Virus record (IMG/VR): IMGVR_UViG_3300032328_000072
Location: 1 to 31,228 of that record
Source: a virus
Lineage: Duplodnaviria > Caudoviricetes
Length of the DNA: 31,228 bases
Direction: 5' to 3' (one strand)
Shown here: in pieces, positions 17,778 through 26,937 of the stretch
Numbering within the stretch: the stretch's first letter is position 1
Layout of the letters: every line of letters starts with the position of its first letter
Program-made: the position numbers and the translations under genes
The notes under the pieces: generated by a model
The model's input: only the letters and a program-made list of their open reading frames with translations
What the model was told of the DNA's origin: nothing
Database searches by the model: none

Positions 17778-18307
17778 TTTGGCCCCCCAGTTAAGTTCTT
17801 GATGGTGTCGTCTTTGTCGCGTGAGCCACGGGTCGTGCCAAACTCAAAAGAGTAGATGTTGTCAAGGTAGCCCAAGAAGCGCCCCAAAACAAGCGTGAAG
17901 ATGCCCTTGACGTACTCGTTAATGCCTTGGTCTGTCCACACAATCCAAACCAATCCAACGACCGCGCATACCGCAAGAAAGAACATCAGGTTGGCTCGAC
18001 CGTTAGCTGTGCCGCGCTTAATGAACTCGGCATCTCGAACACGAGCGCTGTCGCGGTCGGCAACCTCAATCTTGAATTCCTCAAGGTCGTTCTTTGCCTT
18101 CTCAATGCTCAACTCAATCAGGCGCTCCTCGTGGTCAAAAGTAGCTTGACGCAACTTGACGACGTCTTCAGGCGTTGGGTTGTCTGGAATCTTAACCCCA
18201 AGGGTCTCCTCAACAACCTGCTTGCCTTTTGCTTGAATTGCAGAAGACAAAAGACCCAAGCCGTTGGAGGCAAGGGTCGTGAGGAGGGAGGCAACGATTG
18301 GTATCAC
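17774..18307 (-). CDS. Holin-like membrane protein
   Basis: Hydrophobic N-terminus, DRDSAR, two C-terminal hydrophobic segments and FEFGTTRGS. Overlaps the endolysin start by ATGA. Confidence 0.65.
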   Translation of the reverse strand: MIPIVASLLTTLASNGLGLLSSAIQAKGKQVVEETLGVKIPDNPTPEDVVKLRQATFDHEERLIELSIEKAKNDLEEFKIEVADRDSARVRDAEFIKRGTANGRANLMFFLAVCAVVGLVWIVWTDQGINEYVKGIFTLVLGRFLGYLDNIYSFEFGTTRGSRDKDDTIKNLTGGPK

Positions 18308-18519
18308 AACCCAAGAACCTTCTTGATGAGTTCGCCAGCAACACCGGGGCCAAACAGCACGCAGATAATCACGCCGTACAATAGGTACTCAATCCTGTTC
18401 ATGCGTTTTGTACCTTCGTCAAAACGATTTTGAATGACCTCGTAGCGTTGAGCGCAAATGGCTTCGTGTATGCCTAGACGCTTGTCCGTGTCATTTGCAA
18501 GTTCGTGAACGTCAGCCAT
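18304..18519 (-). CDS. Small coiled-coil protein with C-terminal transmembrane segment (lysis-cassette associated)
   Basis: Likely start is the ATG at 18519 (MADVHELAND...HEAICAQRY...LLYGVIICVLFGPG), immediately after the upstream stop. Confidence 0.7.
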   Translation of the reverse strand: MADVHELANDTDKRLGIHEAICAQRYEVIQNRFDEGTKRMNRIEYLLYGVIICVLFGPGVAGELIKKVLGL

Positions 18520-18520
18520 C

Positions 18521-18661
18521 TCATTCGTCTTTCGGCTCTGCCTCTTTAGGCTTTGCGGCTTCTTGAATGGCTTGAATGAGTTGGAATACCTCTTGGTAAG
18601 GGCGCGTACCGAGGTAACCAAGGACTTGGTTTACTGTTTCAATTGGAAGTTGGAGGTTCAT
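18521..18661 (-). CDS. Small hypothetical protein (46 aa)
   Basis: MNLQLPIETVNQVLGYLGTRPYQEVFQLIQAIQ; the ATG at 18661 overlaps the stop of the upstream 58-aa ORF (ATGA). Confidence 0.7.
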   Translation of the reverse strand: MNLQLPIETVNQVLGYLGTRPYQEVFQLIQAIQEAAKPKEAEPKDE

Positions 18662-18834
18662 GTCAACGCCTGTATTTGTGCTTGAAGTGCTTGTAGTTGA
18701 ACCATCAACTCTTCTTTTGTTGGTGGGGCTGGTGCAGTAGGAGGGACATACGCCGCTTCCCTTGCGTCCCATGCCGCTTCCTCTTCAGCGGTAAATGGGA
18801 TTGGGCCTTCTGCCGTCATGTGATGTCTTGACAT
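18658..18834 (-). CDS. 58-aa tail-fibre chaperone-like protein (absent from the supplied ORF track)
   Basis: Manual translation gives MSRHHMTAEGPIPFTAEEEAAWDAREAAYVPPTAPAPPTKEELMVQLQALQAQIQALT. It fills the gap exactly and its C-terminus resembles that of 22325..22585. Confidence 0.8.
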   Translation of the reverse strand: MSRHHMTAEGPIPFTAEEEAAWDAREAAYVPPTAPAPPTKEELMVQLQALQAQIQALT

Positions 18835-18836
18835 AA

Positions 18837-19586
18837 TTAAGTTATCCCATAAAGTTTGAATGTGCCGCTAGTTAAATTGCCTGATGCCGCAATAAAACGA
18901 ACCCCATTTAACGCAGAAGTAGATTCGTTAATTCCTGACACCATACCAGTGTATGTACCAATAGTATTGGCATTTGCTTGTACGAGACCAACATATGATT
19001 TTTTAACTCCAGAACCTAATGGATTTGGCAATGTAATTGTTCCACTACCGGGGTACGAAGCACTGCTTGCCTGATTATTAAACAATGAACCTCCAGTTGT
19101 TGTGCTTACATTACTTCCACCATGTGAATATGCATACAAAGAAGTATTTTCCCAATTACTTGCAGAGGAAAAATTATTTGTTGTGTATTGAATTTGAAAA
19201 TCGCTTACTGATGCTGGACGAATGTTATAAAAAATTATTTGAAACGATGTATATGAACCAGAAAGAGCAATGTCTACGGTTGCAGAATTGCTTGCGGTGG
19301 TTGTACTAATAAAAGTCATAGCGCCTGCACTTGGGGTGACCCAAGTAGGCGCCGAAGCACCATTACTCTGCAAAACCTGACCCGCTGAACCAGCCGATGT
19401 AACCGCTTGTGCAGTACCAGTACCATATACAACACCACCAGCCGTAGGCGTTGCACTACCACCCGTACCACCAGAAGCAACAGGCAGTGGGGTAGTCAGT
19501 GTTGTAGTCCCAGCAACGCTAAGGTTGCCCGTGTTCGTCTCGCCGGGGGTCGTTATCCCCGCTGACCCATCAATAATTACTGGCAT
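18837..19586 (-). CDS. Short tail fibre/spike-like protein
   Basis: LPVASGGTG and AGQVLQSNGASAPTWV fibre motifs, C-terminal beta domain ending SGTFKLYGI, GGAG RBS. Confidence 0.75.
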   Translation of the reverse strand: MPVIIDGSAGITTPGETNTGNLSVAGTTTLTTPLPVASGGTGGSATPTAGGVVYGTGTAQAVTSAGSAGQVLQSNGASAPTWVTPSAGAMTFISTTTASNSATVDIALSGSYTSFQIIFYNIRPASVSDFQIQYTTNNFSSASNWENTSLYAYSHGGSNVSTTTGGSLFNNQASSASYPGSGTITLPNPLGSGVKKSYVGLVQANANTIGTYTGMVSGINESTSALNGVRFIAASGNLTSGTFKLYGIT

Positions 19587-19595
19587 GGTTTTCTC

Positions 19596-19934
19596 CTATT
19601 TACCACAGACATCGTTTGGCACACCATTCGGAACCATGTCAGGGGAAATGATTTCACCCTCAAGGTCACGGTGTGCGTGAATACAGAAAGCCACCGTGTT
19701 GTCTTCCAGCGCCGTCAATTCATGCATCACATCTTTGTGAATCCAAATCATGTGAGGCGCTTTGTAGTCGGTTGTTGCGCCATCTACATTGACACGCAAT
19801 GAACCAGCCGCCAAAAGCGTCAGATGGTCAAACTGATGGGTATGACCTTGCTCTACATCACCAGCACGCACAAAATGCATCTGACGACTGTAGAGGTTCT
19901 TAACGCTACCAAGTTTGACTTCAGGACTGTTCAT
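19596..19934 (-). CDS. Cupin-fold protein
   Basis: GHTHQFDHLTLLAAGSLRV and IWIHKDVMHELTALED match the two cupin metal-binding motifs. Confidence 0.8.
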   Translation of the reverse strand: MNSPEVKLGSVKNLYSRQMHFVRAGDVEQGHTHQFDHLTLLAAGSLRVNVDGATTDYKAPHMIWIHKDVMHELTALEDNTVAFCIHAHRDLEGEIISPDMVPNGVPNDVCGK

Positions 19935-20359
19935 TAAGTCACCGAAACTGGGATAGTTGTGCCGTTGGTTTTAGCCAAGATTACAGTGGCAGAAGCCTGA
20001 GAAACATCACCAGAGGCAACCAACATATCCAATACTTCTTGAACTTTGGCCTTGAAGTTGGAGCCAGTCAGTTCTACTTTGGCAGTCTTGATTTCATCGC
20101 TTTTGTCGTTGTCCCACTTGACGCGCTCGGCAAGAGTTAAGCCTTTACGGATATCGTCAGCAATCCATTTAACTGGTTCTGGCGTTGGCTCAGGGACAAC
20201 TGGCTTTACCAATGCGCCATTGACCCAACCATCGCCATTAACAGCATCGTCAGGAACTTGTGTCGTGTAAAAAGCGGCGACATCAGGATGGTAAATTTCT
20301 GCGGGGTTGCTGTTGGCAACATCACGAATCTTGTCGTTTTCAATCCATGCGTATTTCAT
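19934..20359 (-). CDS. Hypothetical protein, tail-fibre assembly-like
   Basis: MKYAWIENDKI start, GDGWVNG and a Pro linker; follows the Gly-rich fibre gene. Confidence 0.55.
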   Translation of the reverse strand: MKYAWIENDKIRDVANSNPAEIYHPDVAAFYTTQVPDDAVNGDGWVNGALVKPVVPEPTPEPVKWIADDIRKGLTLAERVKWDNDKSDEIKTAKVELTGSNFKAKVQEVLDMLVASGDVSQASATVILAKTNGTTIPVSVT

Positions 20360-20360
20360 T

Positions 20361-21608
20361 TTAATATCCTTCGGTGAAGTAAAGAATTACTGCGCCATCG
20401 CCGCCTTTTCCGCCCCTGCTATTAGTAGCGGCATCGGCAGTAGCACCACCACCACCGCCGCCATTACCACCATCACCACCAAAAGCAGTGTTTCCCGAAC
20501 CACCAGAGTACCCACCGCCGCCACCGCCGCCAAAACCTCCAGCACCGCCAAACGTTCTTTCAGCAGTACAAGATGCGCCACCGCCACCGCCACCAAAACC
20601 TCCGCTACCACCAGAAGCGGTAATATTAATTGATATTGCACCACCGCCACCACCACCAAAACTACCTGAACCACCCGCGCCATAGGTGTTATAAGTACCT
20701 GAACCCGTTCCGCCGCCGCCGCCGCCGCCACACAGCGCCCAATACATTAAGTATGGATTTCCACCGCTTAAAGCGCCTGCGGAAGTTCCTGCAACTTGAA
20801 GCACAGTGGATGTGTTACCAATTTGCACAAGATTTTGAGGCGTTCCTCCGCTTGGGCCACCACCATTTGTTCCAGACCCTGCGCTGGCAGAACCGCCACC
20901 ACCACCACCTATACCGCTGAAACCAATTGAGCCATCCCGTAGACCGCCACCGCCAGAACCTGTAGTTGAAGTGGTAGTTCTAAAACCACCTGAGCCGCCA
21001 AAACCGCCACCACCCATACCCCTTAAAGTTGAAGTAGATGCAAGAGCGCCACCATTACCGCCAGTTCCATAAATAGAACCCGCACCACCACCACCCGTAG
21101 ATTGGTTATCGGTTGATGTTGTTCCATAGCCAGCCAAACCACCAGATGCGGTAAATGTTCGTCTTAAAGTTGAAGAGGCAGTTCCTGTTCCCGCAGTTCC
21201 CGCACTAGTTCCGTTTCTTATGCCTCCAGCGCCGCCTGTTGCTGTCAACAAAGTCCCAAAAGAAGAAGTTCCGCCAGCACTGCCATTTGCGTTGTTACTG
21301 CCAGTTATAGCGCCGCCAGCGCCGACTGTTATGGTTGGCAGGACTTGACCGGGGATGACATCAATAATTCCCTGAGCATACCCACCACCATCTCCACCCC
21401 TAGCATATTGTGAAACGTAAGCATTTCCAGTAGCGCCAGAGCCGCCACCGCCCCACACGCAAACCATAATTTGATATACGTTTGCGGGGACAACAAAATC
21501 GTTGTAAGTTCCTGCGGTTAAATATGGATATGCGTTAGTCCACGCAGGAGGAGCCAAGCGGGTTGCCTGATTTGGCGGCATCCCAAAGCCATACATTCCT
21601 TGATTCAT
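20361..21608 (-). CDS. Glycine-rich tail-associated protein
   Basis: FVVPANVYQIMVCVWGGGGSG...GGDGGGY...ITVGAGG...GGTSSFG...GGKGGDGAVILYF, the architecture of the phage Gly-rich domain. Confidence 0.75.
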   Translation of the reverse strand: MNQGMYGFGMPPNQATRLAPPAWTNAYPYLTAGTYNDFVVPANVYQIMVCVWGGGGSGATGNAYVSQYARGGDGGGYAQGIIDVIPGQVLPTITVGAGGAITGSNNANGSAGGTSSFGTLLTATGGAGGIRNGTSAGTAGTGTASSTLRRTFTASGGLAGYGTTSTDNQSTGGGGAGSIYGTGGNGGALASTSTLRGMGGGGFGGSGGFRTTTSTTGSGGGGLRDGSIGFSGIGGGGGGSASAGSGTNGGGPSGGTPQNLVQIGNTSTVLQVAGTSAGALSGGNPYLMYWALCGGGGGGGTGSGTYNTYGAGGSGSFGGGGGGAISINITASGGSGGFGGGGGGASCTAERTFGGAGGFGGGGGGGYSGGSGNTAFGGDGGNGGGGGGATADAATNSRGGKGGDGAVILYFTEGY

Positions 21609-22009
21609 TAGAAGTCACCTCCATAAGCAGTTACGCGAATACCTGTCTGGGCTACTGTTGTGGTAGCACGCAGAGAATAGCCTGTTGGCAAAGTCAAGGG
21701 CATAAAGTTTGCATTGCCATTGCTTGATAAAAGAGCCGAAAACGCTACGGCTGTTGTGCTTGATGTGATTGCAATCACTGGCACTTGTTGCCACAGAATG
21801 TAGTTTGTGCCGTCAAACACAAAAAGGTTAATTAAACCAGCCACAGTGGTAGCCACGCCTTGAATGTCAATGTAGTCAATGCGAGTGCCAGAAGAGCCAG
21901 CCGCAAGTATTGTTCCGACTGTTGTAGGTGCGGTCAGAGACGTGTCCGCCGTTGTTAGAGTTGCCGACCCAAATCTTGGGGTTGAGGCGTATTGTGCAGT
22001 TGCTGACAT
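21608..22009 (-). CDS. Hypothetical virion protein (133 aa, beta-sandwich-like)
   Basis: AAGGAG RBS; beta-rich sequence within the fibre array. Confidence 0.65.
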   Translation of the reverse strand: MSATAQYASTPRFGSATLTTADTSLTAPTTVGTILAAGSSGTRIDYIDIQGVATTVAGLINLFVFDGTNYILWQQVPVIAITSSTTAVAFSALLSSNGNANFMPLTLPTGYSLRATTTVAQTGIRVTAYGGDF

Positions 22010-22018
22010 AGTTACTCC

Positions 22019-22321
22019 TTAAATTAGTGCAATTGAAAAAGAATTCATCGTTGGCGCGGCAGAAGGCCCTTGGTACTGCGTTACAAAGCCCTGTGCGCCG
22101 CCAGAGACCGTTGTCCATGTTGGGGATGCCCCACTGCCGTTTGAGGTCAGCAATTGACCCGCAGTACCGTATGCAGGTGTCGAGCCAACGCCTACAGCGC
22201 CATTTGCCGCCAAGGTGACCGATGGGGTCGTGCCATTGACTTGAAGTTGTAGCGCACCGCTTGTGTCTCCGCTAGAGACTAGAGCCGTGCCGCTTGTAGT
22301 TCCTGCTGATATTGAACTCAT
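22019..22321 (-). CDS. Short fibre-like structural protein (100 aa)
   Basis: GTAGQLLTSNGSGASPTWT fibre motif. Confidence 0.65.
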   Translation of the reverse strand: MSSISAGTTSGTALVSSGDTSGALQLQVNGTTPSVTLAANGAVGVGSTPAYGTAGQLLTSNGSGASPTWTTVSGGAQGFVTQYQGPSAAPTMNSFSIALI

Positions 22322-22324
22322 GTT

Positions 22325-22585
22325 TTACCCCAGTGCGTTGATTTTTGCTGTCAATGCCTGCAATTCTGCAAGCAATTGTTCTTTTGTTGGTGCAGGTGGC
22401 GTAGGCGAAACGTAAGAAGCCCATGCGGCATCCAATTGTTGAACCGTTGGCTGGCTACCAAGTTTTTCGTGCCAATGAATAATCTGGTCTGCTTCACCTT
22501 CTGGTTGTGCAGTTTTGTAATCACCATCAAAAAATTCAATATTTGATTGTTTTAAATAAGCATCAATTTTATGGTTTATAAACAT
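22325..22585 (-). CDS. Tail-fibre chaperone-like protein (XkdW-like)
   Basis: IIHWHEKLGSQPTVQQL and PTKEQLLAELQAL; ATG at 22585 with AAGGA RBS (alternative TTG at 22591). Confidence 0.6.
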   Translation of the reverse strand: MFINHKIDAYLKQSNIEFFDGDYKTAQPEGEADQIIHWHEKLGSQPTVQQLDAAWASYVSPTPPAPTKEQLLAELQALTAKINALG

Positions 22586-22594
22586 TTGCAATCC

Positions 22595-23383
22595 TTATTG
22601 AGAAATTAAATATAAAGATGCTGAACCAGAAGCAATTGTTCCCGATGCAGAAATCAATCTAACAGCCGTAATATTGTTTGTGTTTACCAATGAACCACTT
22701 GAACTTGTATAATAATAATTAGCAGTATTGTTACTGTGTTCGATATTTGTATATAATTGTGCTACACCATTTGTAAATCCAGTTAAATCTGTTACAGACA
22801 TACCTCTTCCAACTGAAGACATATAATATTTAGGGTAAAAACCATTACCAGTAGCACCATTTGAACTAATTTTTGAAGTAGTTCCACTAGCGTCACTGTT
22901 AGAAGGGCCAAGCCAAGTGTATCCAGATGTAATCCATGTAGGCGTAGCCCCATAACCTAGTTGTAAATATAAATCTACTCCAGAATTTAATATATTTTCT
23001 AAATAGAGTCGGTATCTGTTTCCCGTAAGACCTGTCCATGACAAAGATGCAGAACTAGATGCAGTCAACGTACTTACTAAACTCATAGCACCTGTGCTTG
23101 GAGCCACCCAAGTTGGAGCCGAAGCACCATTACTCTGCAAAACTTGACCAGCTGTGCCAGCGGCTGTAAAAGATGTAGCGCCTGAGCCAGTTTGATAAGG
23201 TAATACACCAGCAGAACCACCAGCCAAGTTTGTGGCGGTAGTTGCAGAAGATGCGGTTCCGCTTGCGGTCGTAATAAGTGTGCCGCTTGTGGCAGGCAAA
23301 GTCAGAATTGTAGTACCAGCAACCGCTGGTGCTTGTAGTGTTACCGAGCCTGATGTGTCGCCTGCAATTACTAATGAACTCAT
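22595..23383 (-). CDS. Short tail fibre/spike-like protein, paralogue of 18837..19586
   Basis: GDTSGSVTLQAPAVAGTTILTLP, AGQVLQSNGASAPTWV and a C-terminus SGTIASGSASLYLI. Confidence 0.75.
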   Translation of the reverse strand: MSSLVIAGDTSGSVTLQAPAVAGTTILTLPATSGTLITTASGTASSATTATNLAGGSAGVLPYQTGSGATSFTAAGTAGQVLQSNGASAPTWVAPSTGAMSLVSTLTASSSASLSWTGLTGNRYRLYLENILNSGVDLYLQLGYGATPTWITSGYTWLGPSNSDASGTTSKISSNGATGNGFYPKYYMSSVGRGMSVTDLTGFTNGVAQLYTNIEHSNNTANYYYTSSSGSLVNTNNITAVRLISASGTIASGSASLYLISQ

Positions 23384-23392
23384 GTTTTTTCC

Positions 23393-24145
23393 TTATAGAA
23401 CGACCCAGCGTTGACCGCTGGAGACGGTTACGCTTTGACCAGAAGCCACGGCGACAGGGCCAACTGACATCGCGTTAAACCCACTTGCAACCGTGTAACT
23501 TGCTGACACTGTTGCATTATTAACGAAAATGCCGTTAGATGCTACCAATTCAGAAGCCTGAAACTCGCCTGTGGAGGGCTTGTAGAGCAGTTTTGCGTTG
23601 CTGGTAAACACCGTTGTTGGCGTGCCACTTGTGGCATTTGCAAACATGGGGAACAGGTTTGACGCTGTAGTTGTGTCGTTGCTCAAAGACGAGCCTGAAG
23701 TAAAACTCACCCAACTTGCTGTTGTGCCGTTACTTTGAAGAACTGTGCCGTTTCCACCAATTCCAAGGCGTGTTGCGCTATTCGTGCCGTTACCAATAAT
23801 CAAATCGCCCGTTGTGGTAATTGGCGACAAGGCGTTAAATGCCGCAGAGGCTGATGTTTGTCCAGTGCCGCCACTGCCAATTGCAAGCGTTCCAGCGACC
23901 GTTATAGCGCCCGAAGTGGCAGTATTAGGGGTAAGACCTGTCGAGCCAAAAGAAATTGTTGTAACGGGCGTTGTTGCCGAAGAAGACGCCAACAACTTTA
24001 CCGTGCCAGCACTGTTTTTAAAGTACAGCTTCTCGTCTAAAGTGTTAAGCGCCAACTCTCCAGCAACAAGATTCCCAGACGACGGGACAGCCGACGCTGT
24101 TGTGCTGAAATACAGCGAAATGGGTGTAAAGCCTGCTTGAGCCAT
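23393..24145 (-). CDS. Tail fibre protein
   Basis: N-terminal PSSGNLVAGELALNTLDEKLYFKN anchor motif, LAIGSGGTG, TTGDLIIGNG, and a C-terminal NAMSVGPVAVASGQSVTVSSGQRWVVL. Confidence 0.8.
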   Translation of the reverse strand: MAQAGFTPISLYFSTTASAVPSSGNLVAGELALNTLDEKLYFKNSAGTVKLLASSSATTPVTTISFGSTGLTPNTATSGAITVAGTLAIGSGGTGQTSASAAFNALSPITTTGDLIIGNGTNSATRLGIGGNGTVLQSNGTTASWVSFTSGSSLSNDTTTASNLFPMFANATSGTPTTVFTSNAKLLYKPSTGEFQASELVASNGIFVNNATVSASYTVASGFNAMSVGPVAVASGQSVTVSSGQRWVVL

Positions 24146-26574
24146 TAGAAGGTTCCTCCAGATATACCAGAATATGTTGTGGCAGTCACTGTTGTGAAGT
24201 TGCCTGTTGATATGGTTGTTGCACCAATTGCCGTACCATCAATTGTCCCACCAGTTATAGCAACAGTATTAGCATTTTGTGTTGCCATTGTTCCCAAACC
24301 AGTGATTGCTGTGCTAGGAATTGTTGTAGAAGCCGTAAATGCGCTAGTTCCATTGCCAATCAAATAGCCAGTCAGCGTTGTAGCACCAGAGCCGCCATTG
24401 GCTACTGGAAGGGCTGTACCAGACAAGGTAACAGCCAAAGTCCCGCTTGTAGTGATTGGGGAGCCAGTCACCGTCAAGAACGCAGGAACAGTCATTGCCA
24501 CAGAAGAAACTGTGCCGCCAGCCGCAGGTGTTGCAGAAATCGTGATGCCACCAGCCGTATTGCTAATACTGACGTTAGTTCCTGCGGTTAGGGTAGCCAG
24601 CGAATAGCCAGTTCCGTTACCAATAGCCAATTGACCATTGGTTGGGGTAGCTGTAAGACCAGTACCGCCGTAAGCCACGCCAATTGCCGTGCCGTTCCAT
24701 ACTCCTGCGGTCAACGTCCCTACACCAGTGATGCCAGTGTAAGAACCGCTCAAACGACCTGTACCAAGCGTTCCAGAGGTGATATTGGAGGCGTTGGTAG
24801 TGTCCGTAGTCGCAGAAGCCGCCAAGCCTGATACAGCGCCTGCGGCAATCGCAATAGATGTATTGGTGACCGAAGTCAGTTGTCCTTGAGAATTTACAGC
24901 AAAAACAGGCACTTGCGACGCAGAACCGTAGGTCGCCGCAGACACGCCAGTATTGGCAATATTGAATGTATAGGCTGGCGACTCATTTAAGCCAGTGCCA
25001 GCGGTGTAGGTTAAAGGTGCGCCGAACTGCGCAAAAACAAGTGCAGTTACACCAACAACAATAGGTTGCGGTGTTTGCTGTACCCAAGACGTATTGGCGT
25101 TGGCAGTTCCTGCGGTGATGAGAAAAAAGTCACCAGCGTCAATTTGGTCTACGCCTGCACCAGCAGAATCAAAGTCAGTAGCGCGAGTCAAGATGTAAGG
25201 CGCACCAGCAGAGCCAGTCTGTGAAACTGTGTACACGCCGTTATGTGCTTGATTTACCTGATTTTTTACCAAAATTCTATTGGTAACAGCAACAGCTAAA
25301 CCATCAACACTTAACGCACCATTTGCGGTTGCAGTCAGTGTTGCTCCAACGCCAGAGGAGCCGTTGTTGTAAGTATTTGCAGGAAGGGCGGCAGTTGTCG
25401 CTAAACGACAAGATTGGTGGAAGTTAATACCTGACGCAATTGCATCAGCGTATTCTTTGTTGACAATGTCTGTATTGTTTATTGGCGCGGTAGAAATCGT
25501 TCCCGTGCTCATTGTTACGGAAGTAAACGTACCAGCCGCCGCAATCGTTGCGCCAATTGTTGTGCTGTTGACTGTGCTACCAGTAATGGTCGCGCCTGCA
25601 ATAGTTCCGCCTGTGATAGCCACAGCGGTTGCATTTTGCGTGGACATCGTACCCAAACCAGATATATCTGTATTTGGGATGGTTGCGCTTGCGGTCATGG
25701 CAGTTGTGCCAGTACCCTTGACATAACCAGTCAGAGAGGTTGCTCCAGTGCCGCCAGTGGAAACATTCAGTACTCCGCCAAGAACAACAGTTCCAGACTG
25801 CGGAGAAGATGGTGTTAGACCTGTTGCGCCTGCGCTAAAAGTAGAAACGCCACCAGCTAAGGTGAAAGCGTTCCACGCGCCGTTGGCGTAGCCGTAAAAC
25901 GCATTGACATCACTGTTGTAACGAATCTGCCCATTAGAACCAGCGGGTTGTTGTGCGTTAGAGCCAACAGGTACGGTGATAGCGCCTGTGCCGGGGAACA
26001 CCGCATTATCAGCAATCGCAATCGTTGGGTTGCCTGCTTGACCATCTCCATTCGTCAAAGTAATTTGACTTCCTGTACCAGTAATGGTTCGTGGGTTGAT
26101 GCTAGAGCCACCAACAATAGCCAACATTCCTGAGCCAGACAGATTTGCCAAAGTAGCAGGCAGACCGCTTAAAGCCAGCGTTGGGTTGCCACCAGTGCCG
26201 TCAGCATTAGAAACGCTCAAACCAGCCCCAGAGACCGCAATAGAGCGTGAGGCTACCGTAGATGCCGAGTTCTTCACAATAATGCCACCAGCGGCGTTTT
26301 GGAGGCTTAGAGCCGTACCGTTGAGGCTCAATTGAAAGAACGAAATTGGGCCACCATCGGAAATTGAAATGCCAGTGCCAGCGGATACATATCGACTATT
26401 GGGCAACGAAGTTTGTTGCGTAGCCGTTAAAAATGTCTGCGTCTGAGTTGGCTGAATAGCAATTGCGCCAGTCGTAGTCTGAACTGTCACCCCATTTTGG
26501 ACAACAGGAACCGCCTCAGTGCCTGTTAAAGCACCAGCCGCTGGGAGTTGGAGTATGGTTACTTGTGCGGACAT
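24145..26574 (-). CDS. Major tail fibre protein, 809 aa
   Basis: Thr/Gly/Ala-rich, with repeated GGTG motifs, two GLGTM(S/A)TQNAxxVAITGGTI, VNKEYAD, and RILVKNQ...NGVY...LTRATDFD. Confidence 0.8.
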   Translation of the reverse strand: MSAQVTILQLPAAGALTGTEAVPVVQNGVTVQTTTGAIAIQPTQTQTFLTATQQTSLPNSRYVSAGTGISISDGGPISFFQLSLNGTALSLQNAAGGIIVKNSASTVASRSIAVSGAGLSVSNADGTGGNPTLALSGLPATLANLSGSGMLAIVGGSSINPRTITGTGSQITLTNGDGQAGNPTIAIADNAVFPGTGAITVPVGSNAQQPAGSNGQIRYNSDVNAFYGYANGAWNAFTLAGGVSTFSAGATGLTPSSPQSGTVVLGGVLNVSTGGTGATSLTGYVKGTGTTAMTASATIPNTDISGLGTMSTQNATAVAITGGTIAGATITGSTVNSTTIGATIAAAGTFTSVTMSTGTISTAPINNTDIVNKEYADAIASGINFHQSCRLATTAALPANTYNNGSSGVGATLTATANGALSVDGLAVAVTNRILVKNQVNQAHNGVYTVSQTGSAGAPYILTRATDFDSAGAGVDQIDAGDFFLITAGTANANTSWVQQTPQPIVVGVTALVFAQFGAPLTYTAGTGLNESPAYTFNIANTGVSAATYGSASQVPVFAVNSQGQLTSVTNTSIAIAAGAVSGLAASATTDTTNASNITSGTLGTGRLSGSYTGITGVGTLTAGVWNGTAIGVAYGGTGLTATPTNGQLAIGNGTGYSLATLTAGTNVSISNTAGGITISATPAAGGTVSSVAMTVPAFLTVTGSPITTSGTLAVTLSGTALPVANGGSGATTLTGYLIGNGTSAFTASTTIPSTAITGLGTMATQNANTVAITGGTIDGTAIGATTISTGNFTTVTATTYSGISGGTF

Positions 26575-26934
26575 TTATGTACTCGTATTGTCTGGGGGGT
26601 TAGGAGCAATCGTATCCTTATTCCCTGTGTTGGTCGGAGTTTGAGTATTTTGTTCGGTTGAAATTTGGAACTCACTTGTTCCGCCAGTCATCAAGAAGTT
26701 GTCATTAGCCGCAACACTCACATCAGGGCGTGCAAACCGAAGGTTAATCCTTTCGGTTTTTCGTGCCGCCAAGCGATAGGGGTCAAGGGTGTCCCAACAG
26801 CCGTCGCCACAGACGCGCAGGCCGGGTGAATTGCCATCAGGTCTCAAATTCACATACGGCTTCTTCATCTTGCACCTATCGCACACCGCGATAGCAAGTG
26901 AAGTCAATCCCGTTGTGTCTAAGAAGATAGGCAT
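26575..26934 (-). CDS. Hypothetical protein with putative Zn-binding Cys motif
   Basis: CDRC...CGDGCWD; sits directly downstream of the adaptor gene. Confidence 0.65.
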   Translation of the reverse strand: MPIFLDTTGLTSLAIAVCDRCKMKKPYVNLRPDGNSPGLRVCGDGCWDTLDPYRLAARKTERINLRFARPDVSVAANDNFLMTGGTSEFQISTEQNTQTPTNTGNKDTIAPNPPDNTST

Positions 26935-26937
26935 CCG

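Noticed and set aside
20361-21608. PE-PGRS or collagen-like protein
   Set aside because: No PE domain and no sustained Gly-X-Y triplet period. It fits the phage glycine-rich tail domain.
18837-23383. Diversity-generating retroelement or invertase shufflon acting on fibre tips
   Set aside because: No reverse transcriptase or recombinase is in the window, no template/variable repeat pair differing at adenines was seen, and the shared repeats are direct rather than inverted.
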